This document shows, in pieces, positions 22,927 to 32,722 of a stretch of DNA of 64,000 nucleotides; the first letter of the stretch is position 1; each line of letters opens with the position of its first letter. Below the pieces are notes generated by a model. That model was not told the origin of the DNA, did no database searches, and was given only the letters and a program-made list of their open reading frames with translations. A program made the position numbers and the translations under genes. The stretch is from an uncultured Candidatus Saccharibacteria bacterium (GTDB lineage Bacteria; Patescibacteriota; Minisyncoccia; Phycocordibacterales; UBA9973): positions 9,366 through 73,365 of the forward strand of contig CAZYBS010000003.1 of assembly GCA_964645245.1 (NCBI GenBank), read 5' to 3'.

Positions 22927-24588
22927 ATGAAAAATCAAACCCAAAATCAAATATGCCAAAATTGCAAAAAAGGCTTTAACATCGAGCCGGATGATTTCGG
23001 TTTTTACGAGCAGATGAAAATTCCCCCTCCAGCGTGGTGCCCGTTTTGCCGGTTAGTCCGCCGTTTGGCTTGGCAGGGATATCGCTTTTTGTATAAAAGA
23101 GAGTGTAACTTTTCCGGAGAGAAGGTACTATCAACTATTCCTCCAGATTCACCGCATAAAGTATATAAGCAAGATATTTGGTGGTCTGATAAATGGGACC
23201 CAAAAAGTTATGGACGGGATTATAATTTCAGCCGTCCCTTTTTTGAACAATGGAAAGAATTAATTAGGGATGTTCCACTACCTTCACTCATGACAGAATA
23301 CTCAACCATGATTGGGAGCGATTACTGCAACGCTGCGGCGACACTTAAGAACTGCTACCTTTGTTTTAAATTTGACGAAAGTGAGGAGTGTGCTTACTGT
23401 AATACCGGAACTACCCTAAAAAACAGCTTTGATGTTTCATTCTCCAACTTTTGCGAACTTTGCTACGAATCAACCAATCTTAATAAGTGCTACCAGATAT
23501 TTTTCTCTCAAGATTGCGAAGATTCTCACAATATTTGGTTTTCCAGAGATCTAGTGGGATGCAATGATTGTATTGGATGTGTCAACTTACGAAACAAAAG
23601 CTATCATATTTTTAATAAGCCATATTCGAGAGAAGACTATCAAGCGCTTGTTAAAAAATATGATTTTAACACTCCTGAAGGTATAAATTTATTTAAAAAA
23701 GAAGCCCAGGAATTTATGTTGACACACCCCCGAAGACAATTTCACGGATACCAAAACCAAAACGTCTCAGGTGATTATATTTATAAAAGTAGAAATATAA
23801 AAAACTCTTATATGGTTCGCAATAGCGAAAATCTGAGATATTGCCAATTACTTAAGGCGGGAAATGTTTATAATGCAATGGACTATACCACTTTTGGTTT
23901 AAAGGCAGAATGGATTTACGAATGTGGCTGGGTTGGTATCCAAGTAAGTAATGTTAAGTTCAGCATTTGGTGTTATAAATCTCATGATCTTGAGTATTGC
24001 TTCGGTTGCATGGGATCAGGTAATTTGTTTGGATGTATAGGAGTTAGAACGGGAGAATATTGTATTTTGAACAAACAGTACACAAAAGAAGAATATATTA
24101 ATCTCGTGAGTAAAATAAAAAAAGAAATGAAAGAATACGGTGAGATGCTTCCAGTTAGTTTATGTCCATGGCCATACAATGAATCAAATGCAAATGAGTG
24201 GTTTCCGCTTACCAGAGGCGAAGCTCTAGCTAAAGGTTTCAGTTGGCGCGATCCTGACCCACGAGAGTATGTGGATGCGACCATTATCCTACCGGACAAT
24301 ATCAAAGACGTTGCTGACGACATTTTGAAGGCGATTTTAAAATGTGTTGATTGTGGAAAGAACTACCAGATTATTCACAAAGAACTACAATTTTTGAGAC
24401 GTTTTAATTTACCAATTTCAAGGCAATGTCCTCTTTGTCGCGACCGTGCACGAGTTAAACAAATGAATCCGCTCCAGATTTTTAATCGTGAGTGCAATAA
24501 ATGTGATGTGTCAATTGAAACTTCATATGCTCCCGAACGACCGGAAATAGTTTATTGTGAAAAATGTTATCAGCAGGAAGTTTATTAA
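22927..24588 (+). CDS. Cys-rich CPR-type protein with terminal zinc ribbons and central beta-helix-like repeats
   Basis: CQNC, CPFC, repeated C/S-Y short repeats, CVDC, CPLC, CNKC, CEKCYQQE. Confidence 0.75.
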   Translation: MKNQTQNQICQNCKKGFNIEPDDFGFYEQMKIPPPAWCPFCRLVRRLAWQGYRFLYKRECNFSGEKVLSTIPPDSPHKVYKQDIWWSDKWDPKSYGRDYNFSRPFFEQWKELIRDVPLPSLMTEYSTMIGSDYCNAAATLKNCYLCFKFDESEECAYCNTGTTLKNSFDVSFSNFCELCYESTNLNKCYQIFFSQDCEDSHNIWFSRDLVGCNDCIGCVNLRNKSYHIFNKPYSREDYQALVKKYDFNTPEGINLFKKEAQEFMLTHPRRQFHGYQNQNVSGDYIYKSRNIKNSYMVRNSENLRYCQLLKAGNVYNAMDYTTFGLKAEWIYECGWVGIQVSNVKFSIWCYKSHDLEYCFGCMGSGNLFGCIGVRTGEYCILNKQYTKEEYINLVSKIKKEMKEYGEMLPVSLCPWPYNESNANEWFPLTRGEALAKGFSWRDPDPREYVDATIILPDNIKDVADDILKAILKCVDCGKNYQIIHKELQFLRRFNLPISRQCPLCRDRARVKQMNPLQIFNRECNKCDVSIETSYAPERPEIVYCEKCYQQEVY

Positions 24589-24626
24589 TATTCTAATATT
24601 TTGCAAAATTACAAAATAACAAAATT

Positions 24627-26777
24627 ATGCGGCTCAAAACTCTTGAATTAAATGGCTTTAAATCTTTTTCTCAAAAAAGCCTTTTAGAGTTCAATAATAA
24701 TATCGTTTGCATCGTAGGTCCGAATGGCTCCGGTAAATCCAATGTGGTGGAGGCTGTCCGCTACGTCTTGGGTGAACAATCAATGAAATCAATGCGCGGC
24801 AAGACTGGCTTGGATCTTATTTTTAAAGGATCAAAGAATTTACCCAAAAGTTCTCGAGGAGTTGTTTCAATATATTTTAATAATTCCGATAAAGTTTTTA
24901 AACTAACGAACGATGGGGGAGACAGTATAAATTTGAATTATGACACGATTAGCATTTCTCGGCAGGTTTTTCCAGATGGATTGAATAAATATATTTTAAA
25001 TGGCACAGAGGTTAGATTAAAAGATATTCACAATCTTTTGGCATCAGTTAATATCGGTTCTTCCGGGCATCATATTATTTCGCAGGGTGAAACTGATAGG
25101 ATTTTGAATGCAAATTGGAAAGAGAGGCGCGCCATAGTGGAAGACGCATTGGGGCTTAAGATCTACCAGTATAAAATAAAAGAAAGTGAGAGAAAACTGG
25201 AACGCACGAATGAAAATATGAAAGAAGTGACGCTGATGCGGCGTGAGAATGCCCCGCATCTTAACTTTTTAAGAAAACAGGTGGAAAAATTTGAAAAAGG
25301 GAAAGAAATGCAGGGCGAGCTCCTCTCTCTTTATCAGGAGTACCTAAAGAAAGAAAGTGTTTATTTAGATACGGAAAAAAAGAACTTATATTCTGAAAGA
25401 AATAAAATTTCAAGCGAACTCCAAGATATTGCCGGTAAGATTTCCGATGTTGAAGACGGAAATTCTACGCACGGGAACAAAAAGATAGAGGAGTTAAAAA
25501 TAATTGAGCAAAAACTAAATGAAAATCGCCGATTAAAAAGCGAAATGGAGCGCAAATTAGGCAGGATTGAAGGAATGCTAGAATCAAAAGAAAATAAGGT
25601 TAAGCTTTCCGGCAAGTGTCCGCTGTGTGGAAGCGAAATTAAAGAAATGGGAGCAGAGCAGATAGAGAAAAGGCAAAATGACGAAAAAGAGTTGACGGAA
25701 TTGAAAAATTCACAAGCTGATATTCTGACTGAAATACAGAAAATGGAAGAAAAAGAGGCAAAGATGTCAGAGTCGGCTGAAATCTTAAAACAGGAAATAA
25801 ATAAGGAAATGGAGGCTTTGCGCGATAAAGAAAGAGAAAAATTCAAGTTTAAAGTCAGGCATCAGGAATTATCTTCTACTTTGGAATTTATTGCTATAAG
25901 GGAAGAGAATTTAAGAAATAGAGTAGAGGCTTTTGAAAATGAGATAAAGGAGGGCGTCGCTTTAATTGGGGAACAGATTTTGTCTTATAAAGATTTTGAA
26001 ATTGAGGGACTTAGTGAAACTGCTTCTCAAGAAGAACAAAAAAGAAAAATTGAACGTGTAAAAATAAAATTAGAAGATACAGGTCTTGGTAATGGAGCTG
26101 AAATCATGAAAGAATTTAGAGAAGTCTCGGAGAGAGACAGTTTTTTGGCGAAAGAAATGGAAGATTTGACTAAAAGTATTGAATCTTTGCAAAAGCTTAT
26201 AGTCGACCTGAAAGAAAAAATAGATATAGAATTTAAAGAGGGTATTAAAAAGATAAATTTGGAGTTTCAAGAATTTTTCTCGCTTATGTTTGGAGGAGGA
26301 AACGCTTCGCTGGCTATCGTCGTTGAAAATAAGAAAGGTAGGCGGGAAAAGGTCGAACCTTTAGAGAGTTCAAGGTTCGACCTTGAGGAGCCGGAAGAAC
26401 AAGAAGAAGAAACTGTGCCGGAACAAGGAATAGAAATAAATGTCTCACTTCCTCACAAAAAAGTCAAAGAGCTTCAGGCGCTCTCGGGCGGAGAGAGGTC
26501 GCTCACGTCTATTGCTCTTCTTTTCGCTATGTCACAAGTCAACCCACCGCCTTTTCTGGTATTAGATGAAACCGATGCCGCCCTGGATGAAGCCAATTCT
26601 AGAAAATTCGGAGATATGCTAGAAAAACTCTCCAAGCATTCCCAACTCATTGTCGTGACTCACAATCGCGAGACGATGTCTCGCGCCGGGGTGCTCTACG
26701 GCGTGACTATAGGTAGTAATGGCGCTTCCAAACTTCTCTCGGTAAAGTTCGAAGAAGCCACCCAAATTGCGCAATAA
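24627..26777 (+). CDS. smc: Short Smc-family chromosome segregation ATPase
   Basis: GFKSF, GPNGSGKSN, IISQG, LSGGE, LDETDAALDEAN, VVTHN; only 716 aa. Confidence 0.88.
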   Translation: MRLKTLELNGFKSFSQKSLLEFNNNIVCIVGPNGSGKSNVVEAVRYVLGEQSMKSMRGKTGLDLIFKGSKNLPKSSRGVVSIYFNNSDKVFKLTNDGGDSINLNYDTISISRQVFPDGLNKYILNGTEVRLKDIHNLLASVNIGSSGHHIISQGETDRILNANWKERRAIVEDALGLKIYQYKIKESERKLERTNENMKEVTLMRRENAPHLNFLRKQVEKFEKGKEMQGELLSLYQEYLKKESVYLDTEKKNLYSERNKISSELQDIAGKISDVEDGNSTHGNKKIEELKIIEQKLNENRRLKSEMERKLGRIEGMLESKENKVKLSGKCPLCGSEIKEMGAEQIEKRQNDEKELTELKNSQADILTEIQKMEEKEAKMSESAEILKQEINKEMEALRDKEREKFKFKVRHQELSSTLEFIAIREENLRNRVEAFENEIKEGVALIGEQILSYKDFEIEGLSETASQEEQKRKIERVKIKLEDTGLGNGAEIMKEFREVSERDSFLAKEMEDLTKSIESLQKLIVDLKEKIDIEFKEGIKKINLEFQEFFSLMFGGGNASLAIVVENKKGRREKVEPLESSRFDLEEPEEQEEETVPEQGIEINVSLPHKKVKELQALSGGERSLTSIALLFAMSQVNPPPFLVLDETDAALDEANSRKFGDMLEKLSKHSQLIVVTHNRETMSRAGVLYGVTIGSNGASKLLSVKFEEATQIAQ
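26349..26384. repeat. 36-bp REP-like inverted pair in frame in smc (KVEPLESSRFDL)
   Basis: aaggtcgaacctt-10 nt-aaggttcgacctt perfect inverted repeat. Confidence 0.75.
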
Positions 26778-26779
26778 AA

Positions 26780-28579
26780 TTAATTAATTTTTATTTTCTG
26801 GAATTTTATTTTTTCTTCTCTGCCTTTGATTATTTTATCCGGTTGAAAAACTTTATTTAATTTTACGATATCTTTTCTGGCGGTCATGCTTCCGTCTCTG
26901 CTTAATTTTATATTAAGTAGCAAACCCTGCATCGTTTTCTGGCTAAATGCCTGGTCAAAAATGAAATTGCCGAGCGAGTAGGCGACATAGCTTTCTTTAT
27001 AAACTTCGAAATCTTCTACGACATGCGGATGCGAGCCGATTATGAGTTTTGCGCCGTTATCAATTGCTTTATGGGCTAGATATTCTTGTCTGGCATTATG
27101 TTTTGCCTGATATTCTTCACCGAAATGAAAATAAACTACCAGGTAATCAACCTGCTTGGACGCATTTTTTATTATTTCATCAAAACGCAGATTGTTTGTC
27201 AGCAACAAGCCGGCTTTATCTTCTCTTGCTTCCATAGAGTCCGGCCCATTGTCTCCGAATCCTAAAAAGCCTATTTTTATTCCGTATTTTTCAATGACAG
27301 TTGGTCGTTCGGCCTCCTGAAGGTCGTTTCCTCCCCCGGTGTAGAGTATTTCATTTTCTTTTAAGCGTGAGAGCGTGTCAATATAGGCAACACGGCCCCA
27401 ATCCCCGACGTGATTGTTGGCCACGGATAAAATGCTTATGCCCGCGCCGGCCAGGGCGGGGACTACAGCCGGATCCATTCTAAAAGAATATAAACTTCCT
27501 CCGTCCTGGCCTTTGTCTGATGCCGTGCCTTCCAGATTGGCAAAGACAATATCAGATTCTTTTAGAATTTTTAATTTTTCAAAAAGCGCTGAGTAATCAT
27601 TGTTGAAATTTTTTATTACTGAATTTTTTACTCCGCGGTCAAGCATTATATCTCCAGCGAAAGTAAATGTTACAAAATCCGGATCTTTAATGTCCGGTGT
27701 TCCTACTTTTTTCTGGACCCAATCAGTATTGGCATCAGCTTCTCCGCCGTAATATATGTTTTTCTTTAAATATTTCAAAATATTTCCTACATCTTTATAG
27801 CGATCTTGGCTGGAGAGAAGTACTATGGCAATAGGGCGAGAACCTGATTTCCCCAGAGGGAGAGAAAAAAGTGAAACGACTGTTTGCTTGGCCTCGTCGG
27901 TGTATCCGCTTTTTCCGCCAAGATAGCCGTCTTGATGCAGAAATTTACTGATATTTGACCAAGTCTGTTTTTTGTTTGAGAAAGAGCGTTTAATTGTGAT
28001 TTGCAATAAATCTTGTTTTTGTTGATTTAAATATCCTACCAGCTTGAATATATCGGAAACAGTCGATTGATTTTTAGGGGAGAGTCCACTGGGGTCTTCA
28101 TAGGAGGTGGAGGACATTTTCAAAATAAATGCTTCTTGATTCATCTTTTTTATAAAAATATCTCGCCCGAAATGTTCCGCGATTACTTCCGCCGCATCAT
28201 TGCTTGATTCTAAAAGCAGGGAATAGACAAGGTCCATAATTTTTATTTTCCCCCCTATTGTTAAGTTCCCGTTTTTACCGGGAGTATTTATAGCCTTTTT
28301 ACTTATTTTTGCAAGATCATCCGATTTTGTTATCTCGCTCGCGACCAATGCGGTCATAAGTTTAGAAATTGAAGCTATGGGAAATTTTTGGTCTTGGTTT
28401 TTTGACAAGATAATTTCGCCGGTGTTCAGGTCGCCAACCAAGTAAGCTTGGGCCGAGACCTGCAGTTGCCTGTTTACGTCTTTATTTGAATAGAAATACT
28501 GAGGTTTTTCTGCAAAGGACACAGAAAAAAATCCTGTAAATACGATAAATATAACCCAAAATACTAATCTAAGCTTCAT
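26780..28579 (-). CDS. D-Ala-D-Ala carboxypeptidase (S11) fused to CapA/PGA_cap metallophosphoesterase
   Basis: ASISK, SSN and KSG motifs; GDIML, NLEG, ANNH, HFG, GSHPH, YSLGNFIFDQ. Confidence 0.85.
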   Translation of the reverse strand: MKLRLVFWVIFIVFTGFFSVSFAEKPQYFYSNKDVNRQLQVSAQAYLVGDLNTGEIILSKNQDQKFPIASISKLMTALVASEITKSDDLAKISKKAINTPGKNGNLTIGGKIKIMDLVYSLLLESSNDAAEVIAEHFGRDIFIKKMNQEAFILKMSSTSYEDPSGLSPKNQSTVSDIFKLVGYLNQQKQDLLQITIKRSFSNKKQTWSNISKFLHQDGYLGGKSGYTDEAKQTVVSLFSLPLGKSGSRPIAIVLLSSQDRYKDVGNILKYLKKNIYYGGEADANTDWVQKKVGTPDIKDPDFVTFTFAGDIMLDRGVKNSVIKNFNNDYSALFEKLKILKESDIVFANLEGTASDKGQDGGSLYSFRMDPAVVPALAGAGISILSVANNHVGDWGRVAYIDTLSRLKENEILYTGGGNDLQEAERPTVIEKYGIKIGFLGFGDNGPDSMEAREDKAGLLLTNNLRFDEIIKNASKQVDYLVVYFHFGEEYQAKHNARQEYLAHKAIDNGAKLIIGSHPHVVEDFEVYKESYVAYSLGNFIFDQAFSQKTMQGLLLNIKLSRDGSMTARKDIVKLNKVFQPDKIIKGREEKIKFQKIKIN

Positions 28580-30477
28580 ATCAAAATATAATCTATTGTT
28601 TTTCGTTCCAAATCGGCTCCTTTTACTTTTATTTTAACTTTATCTCCCAATCTATATCTTTTTTTTCTTTTCTGTCCGACGAGTTCCAATTTCTTTTCAT
28701 TAAAAACATAAAAATCGTCGTTCATGTCTCTGACTCGCACTAGGCCTTCGCATTTTGTTTCTATTTCTTCCACATAAATGCCCCACTCTGTTATTCCGCT
28801 TATAATTCCCTCAAACTTTTCTCCCTGGCGTTTGGACATATACTCAACTTGTTTGTATTTAATAGAGGCTCGTTCAGCCTCGGCGGCGCGCTTTTCCTGT
28901 TCAGATGATTTTCTGGAAATTTCTTCATATTCGCGCAGATTTTCTTTGCCTACTTTTTTCCCAGAAAGATAATTTGCCAAAAGTCTATGGACTATTATAT
29001 CCGGGTAGCGTCTGATTGGGGAAGTAAAGTGCGTGTAATGTTCGAAGGCCAGGCCGTAATGCCCGATATTTTTAGTAGAATAAATTGCTTTAGCCATGGA
29101 ACGGATAACTGCGCGATGCACCGTGTCTGCCTCGTTTTTACCTTGTAGATTTTTAAGAAGGTTGTTGATTTCATAATTTGAAATAACCCCATTTTGGAGA
29201 GTTATTTTGTGTCCTAAACTTCGCAGAAAGAATGTTAGATCAGTCATTTTTTCTTTGCTGGGCAAGTCATGCACGCGATAGATAAAAGTATTCTTTGAAA
29301 GAACCTTCGCCACTTTTTTATTTGCCAAGAGCATAAATTCTTCAATCAATCTATTTGAATCGCCGCGCTCTTTTTTTATTACTTTTATTGGGATTCCGGA
29401 GGAGTCCAGCACAAATTTCACTTCTTCTTGGTCCAGCGATATAGCGCCCTGCGCAAATCTTTCTTTGGTTAATTTCTTGGCTAAGTTATTTAGAATAGAT
29501 AGCTCTCTATGCAGAGGGGCATTAGCTTTTTTGATTGATTCTTCCGCTTCCTCATAGGTGAATCTTTTTTGGGAATGTATTATCGTGCGTCCGAACCATT
29601 CCTGCTTTACTTTGGCATTCTTATCTATAATAAAAACCGCGCTCGTCGTCAGCCGGTCCTTGTGGGGCACCAAACTGCATAAATCATTGGAAAGTATTTC
29701 CGGCAGCATGGGTATTGTTCTGTCCACTAAATACACCGAAGTTCCTCGCTGGCGCGCTTCTTCGTCCAACCCGCTGCCAACTTTTACATAATGCGAAACG
29801 TCAGCTATATGTACACCTATTTCATACTCTTCCCTACCAATTTCCTTAAATGATATAGCATCGTCAAAATCTTTTGCGTCCTCTGGGTCAATAGTGAATG
29901 TCAGAATTTTTCTGAAATCACGACGCCCTCCATAATCACTCTCTTTGATGCCACTTTTTTTTATTTCTCTTGCTTCCTCGTAAACTTTTTTAGGGAGCTC
30001 TGAATCAAAACCTTTTTCCATTGCGATTGCCTGCATTTCTGCGTCATTGTCTCCCGGTCGGCCTAAAATTTTGACTACTTTCCCCTCCGGCGCTTTGCGA
30101 GCGTCTTTCCATAAAACTATTTCCACAAAAACTTTTTGGCCGGCTTTTGCGCTACATAACGATTTTTCCGGAATCAAAATATCCGTATACATTTTCGTAT
30201 CATCTGGCTTTAAGAAAAATACTGATTTTTCTTTCTCCAAAACTCCGGCAAAACTCATTTTGGCGCGCGAAAGTATTTTTAATACTTCGCCTGTTTGACG
30301 CCTTTTACCTTTTGGATGAAGAATTATTTCTACCCTGTCTCCATGCAATGCAGTATTTAAGTGCCTAAAATCAATTTCCGGGTCTTCTTTTAATTCTGGA
30401 ATATCTACATACCCAATGCCTTTTGAGGATATGGATATGATACCTTGTAGTTTATTTTTAGTTTCTTTCATCTTCAT
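28576..30477 (-). CDS. rnr: Ribonuclease R
   Basis: TIDPEDAKDFDDA, HIADVS, YTHFTSPIRRY, C-terminal S1 domain. Confidence 0.95.
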   Translation of the reverse strand: MKMKETKNKLQGIISISSKGIGYVDIPELKEDPEIDFRHLNTALHGDRVEIILHPKGKRRQTGEVLKILSRAKMSFAGVLEKEKSVFFLKPDDTKMYTDILIPEKSLCSAKAGQKVFVEIVLWKDARKAPEGKVVKILGRPGDNDAEMQAIAMEKGFDSELPKKVYEEAREIKKSGIKESDYGGRRDFRKILTFTIDPEDAKDFDDAISFKEIGREEYEIGVHIADVSHYVKVGSGLDEEARQRGTSVYLVDRTIPMLPEILSNDLCSLVPHKDRLTTSAVFIIDKNAKVKQEWFGRTIIHSQKRFTYEEAEESIKKANAPLHRELSILNNLAKKLTKERFAQGAISLDQEEVKFVLDSSGIPIKVIKKERGDSNRLIEEFMLLANKKVAKVLSKNTFIYRVHDLPSKEKMTDLTFFLRSLGHKITLQNGVISNYEINNLLKNLQGKNEADTVHRAVIRSMAKAIYSTKNIGHYGLAFEHYTHFTSPIRRYPDIIVHRLLANYLSGKKVGKENLREYEEISRKSSEQEKRAAEAERASIKYKQVEYMSKRQGEKFEGIISGITEWGIYVEEIETKCEGLVRVRDMNDDFYVFNEKKLELVGQKRKKRYRLGDKVKIKVKGADLERKTIDYILI

Positions 30478-30536
30478 AAGAATAACATAAAACGATTATG
30501 TTTGCCTTTTTTGCAAATTATGTTAAGCTGTCTTTA

Positions 30537-30857
30537 ATGTTAAAAGTTAGACTGCAGAGAATAGGCAGAAAAAATAACCCGGCGTTTCGGGTTGTTTTGA
30601 CTGATTCAAAAAACAGCACCAAGAGCGGAAGATTTTTAGAAATACTCGGCACTTACAATCCAAAGGCCAAAGAGGATAATTTGAAGAGGAGTTTAATTGC
30701 AGATAGGATAAAATATTGGATTAGTAAAGGCGCAAAATGCTCGGATACAATGCACAATTTTTTAGTGCATGATAAAGTTATAGAAGGCAAGAAAGTGAAT
30801 GTATTGCCAAAGAAAAAACCAACGTTAAAAAGAAAGGAGTTGAAAGCTAAAAAATAA
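30537..30857 (+). CDS. rpsP: 30S ribosomal protein S16
   Basis: MLKVRLQRIGRKN...LGTYNP. Confidence 0.95.
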   Translation: MLKVRLQRIGRKNNPAFRVVLTDSKNSTKSGRFLEILGTYNPKAKEDNLKRSLIADRIKYWISKGAKCSDTMHNFLVHDKVIEGKKVNVLPKKKPTLKRKELKAKK

Positions 30858-30877
30858 CTTGCCCCGCCATGGCGGGG
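30858..30877. repeat. Intergenic inverted copy of the pilD palindromic element
   Basis: cttgccccgccatggcgggg is the reverse complement of 2690-2709 with one mismatch. Confidence 0.75.
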
Positions 30878-30957
30878 TGAAGTATAATTGGTTAAGCAGT
30901 ATCGGGTCGTAACACTGCAAAGTTAGTTAAAGATTAATAATATTTATCTGAAACACT

Positions 30958-31311
30958 ATGGAAGACGCTGACAAGATATTTCTGGAATATGTAGTCAAAG
31001 CTCTGGTTGACAATCCGAACGATATAAAGATTGACCGTACGGTGGATGAAATGGGAGTGCTCATCTCGCTTACCGTGAATCCTGCCGATATGGGTAAGAT
31101 TATCGGAAGAATGGGCAACACCGCCAAAGCTATTCGCACTCTTCTGCGAATTATCGGGATGAAAAATAATGCCCGCGTGAACTTGAAGATCAACGAACCG
31201 GAGGGAAGCACCAGGCCCCAGCCAGACTCTATGGGACGTACGGCCTCTCAAAGTGCTCCGAGTTCAATGAAGACAGTAGACCAAGCGATGGAAGACTTGA
31301 AGGGGATTTAA
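30958..31311 (+). CDS. khpA: KH-domain RNA-binding protein KhpA
   Basis: LVDNP, DMGKIIGRMG, AIRTLL; position after rpsP. Confidence 0.9.
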   Translation: MEDADKIFLEYVVKALVDNPNDIKIDRTVDEMGVLISLTVNPADMGKIIGRMGNTAKAIRTLLRIIGMKNNARVNLKINEPEGSTRPQPDSMGRTASQSAPSSMKTVDQAMEDLKGI

Positions 31312-31991
31312 TGCGTTTTCATGTAATTACAATTTTTCCGGAGATGTTTGACTCTTATTTAAAAGAGTCCATTATTGGGCGGGCCCTAAACCAGAGCAAG
31401 CTCGGTTCAGGGCAGGCGAAAAAGAAAAAGAGTTTAATTGAAGTTCGTTTCTACAATCCGATGGATTTTTGTGAGCCGAAAAAAAGGGTAGACAGCAGGC
31501 CATATGGGGGAGGACCCGGAATGGTATTACGACCAGAACTTTTTCTTAAGGCATTTTCTAAAATTAAAATAAAAAATAAAAAGAAAACTAAGATAATTTT
31601 ATTTTCCACTTCTGGCAAAAAATTTGATACAGCTTATGCAAAAAAATTAGTTAAACAAAAATATACTGATATCATTCTAATTTCCGGCCGTTATGAAGGC
31701 ATAGATGCTCGGGTGCAAAAAATTCTGAAAGCAGAAGAAATTTCAATAGGGGATTATATATTAACCGGCGGAGAGCTTCCGGCGATGGTTTTAATTGATT
31801 CCATTTCCCGCCAAATTCCGGGAGTTTTGGGCAAATATGAATCATTGGAAGAAGAACGAGTTTCAACCAGCGAAGTTTACACCCGTCCGGAAGTCTTGAA
31901 ATACAAAGGTAAAAGTTACAAAGTCCCGAAAGTCCTACTATTGGGCAATCACAAAAAAATAGAAGAATGGAAAAAACGTGCTTCTTTATAA
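31311..31991 (+). CDS. trmD: tRNA (guanine-N1)-methyltransferase
   Basis: TIFPEMF, PYGGGPGM, GRYEGID, SIGDYILTGGE, YTRP. Confidence 0.96.
   Translation: MRFHVITIFPEMFDSYLKESIIGRALNQSKLGSGQAKKKKSLIEVRFYNPMDFCEPKKRVDSRPYGGGPGMVLRPELFLKAFSKIKIKNKKKTKIILFSTSGKKFDTAYAKKLVKQKYTDIILISGRYEGIDARVQKILKAEEISIGDYILTGGELPAMVLIDSISRQIPGVLGKYESLEEERVSTSEVYTRPEVLKYKGKSYKVPKVLLLGNHKKIEEWKKRASL
31383..31417. repeat. Palindromic in-frame insertion in trmD (LNQSKLGSGQA)
   Basis: gccctaaaccagagcaagctcggttcagggcaggc; related inverted intergenic copy at 49513-49546. Confidence 0.65.
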
Positions 31992-32010
31992 TATTTATCT
32001 TTATGTACTT

Positions 32011-32046
32011 TGTGAATAAATTATGCATATGCTAAAATTACTCACA
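32011..32046. repeat. 36-bp imperfect palindrome, copy 1 (upstream of PaaX-like gene)
   Basis: tgtgaataaattatgcatatgctaaaattactcaca. Confidence 0.85.
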
Positions 32047-32057
32047 ACACAAACAAT

Positions 32058-32663
32058 ATGAAGAATAAATATTTTGATAAATTTAGAGAGTTTCTGAATT
32101 CCGGAACACCGAATGCCAAAATAGTGGAGATTACCCTGTGTTTACTTGCTATTGCGTCAATACCAGCGCTTGTTCTCATCGCCGCTTCTATGGGTAATGC
32201 TGTGCAATTGTTTGGGCAATTCAAAACTTCTAAACGCTTTAGTAAAAAACAGATTACTGATTCATTTATCTATCTTCAGCGCCAGAAATTAATAGAGTAT
32301 ATAGCTGATAAAAATGGGAAAACAATAGTAGGAATTACCAAGAAAGGAGAGACGAGACTGAGAGCTTTTGATATTGATCTTATTAAAATCAAGAAACCCA
32401 AAAAATGGGATGGGAAATGGAGATTGGTAATGTTTGATATTCCGATAAGATTTACAAAGGGCAGAGAAGCTCTACGATATCACCTGAAAGAACTAGATTT
32501 TTTTCAATTCCAGAAATCTGCGTGGATTTATCCTTATCCTTGTGAAGATGAAATAATATTTATCGCCGATTTCTTCGGGGTAGGGAAGTATGTGGAAGTT
32601 TTAACCGCCGAAAGTATTTTAAGAGACGAAAAAATTAAGAGACATTTTGGGTTCATGAAATGA
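32058..32663 (+). CDS. PaaX-like protein (wHTH plus Cas2-like ferredoxin domain)
   Basis: ITKKG, KWDGKWRLVMFDIP, FQKSAWIYPYPC. Confidence 0.8.
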   Translation: MKNKYFDKFREFLNSGTPNAKIVEITLCLLAIASIPALVLIAASMGNAVQLFGQFKTSKRFSKKQITDSFIYLQRQKLIEYIADKNGKTIVGITKKGETRLRAFDIDLIKIKKPKKWDGKWRLVMFDIPIRFTKGREALRYHLKELDFFQFQKSAWIYPYPCEDEIIFIADFFGVGKYVEVLTAESILRDEKIKRHFGFMK

Positions 32664-32686
32664 AGTTATTTTTATTTTTAATAATG

Positions 32687-32722
32687 TGTGAATAAAATCT
32701 GCATATGCTAAAATTACTCACA
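32687..32722. repeat. 36-bp imperfect palindrome, copy 2 (downstream of PaaX-like gene)
   Basis: tgtgaataaaatctgcatatgctaaaattactcaca; 34/36 identical to copy 1. Confidence 0.85.

Noticed and set aside
32011-32722. 36-bp repeats beside a Cas2-like gene as a CRISPR array
   Set aside because: Only two full copies, 640 bp apart and enclosing a gene; no spacer-sized intervals and no cas1.
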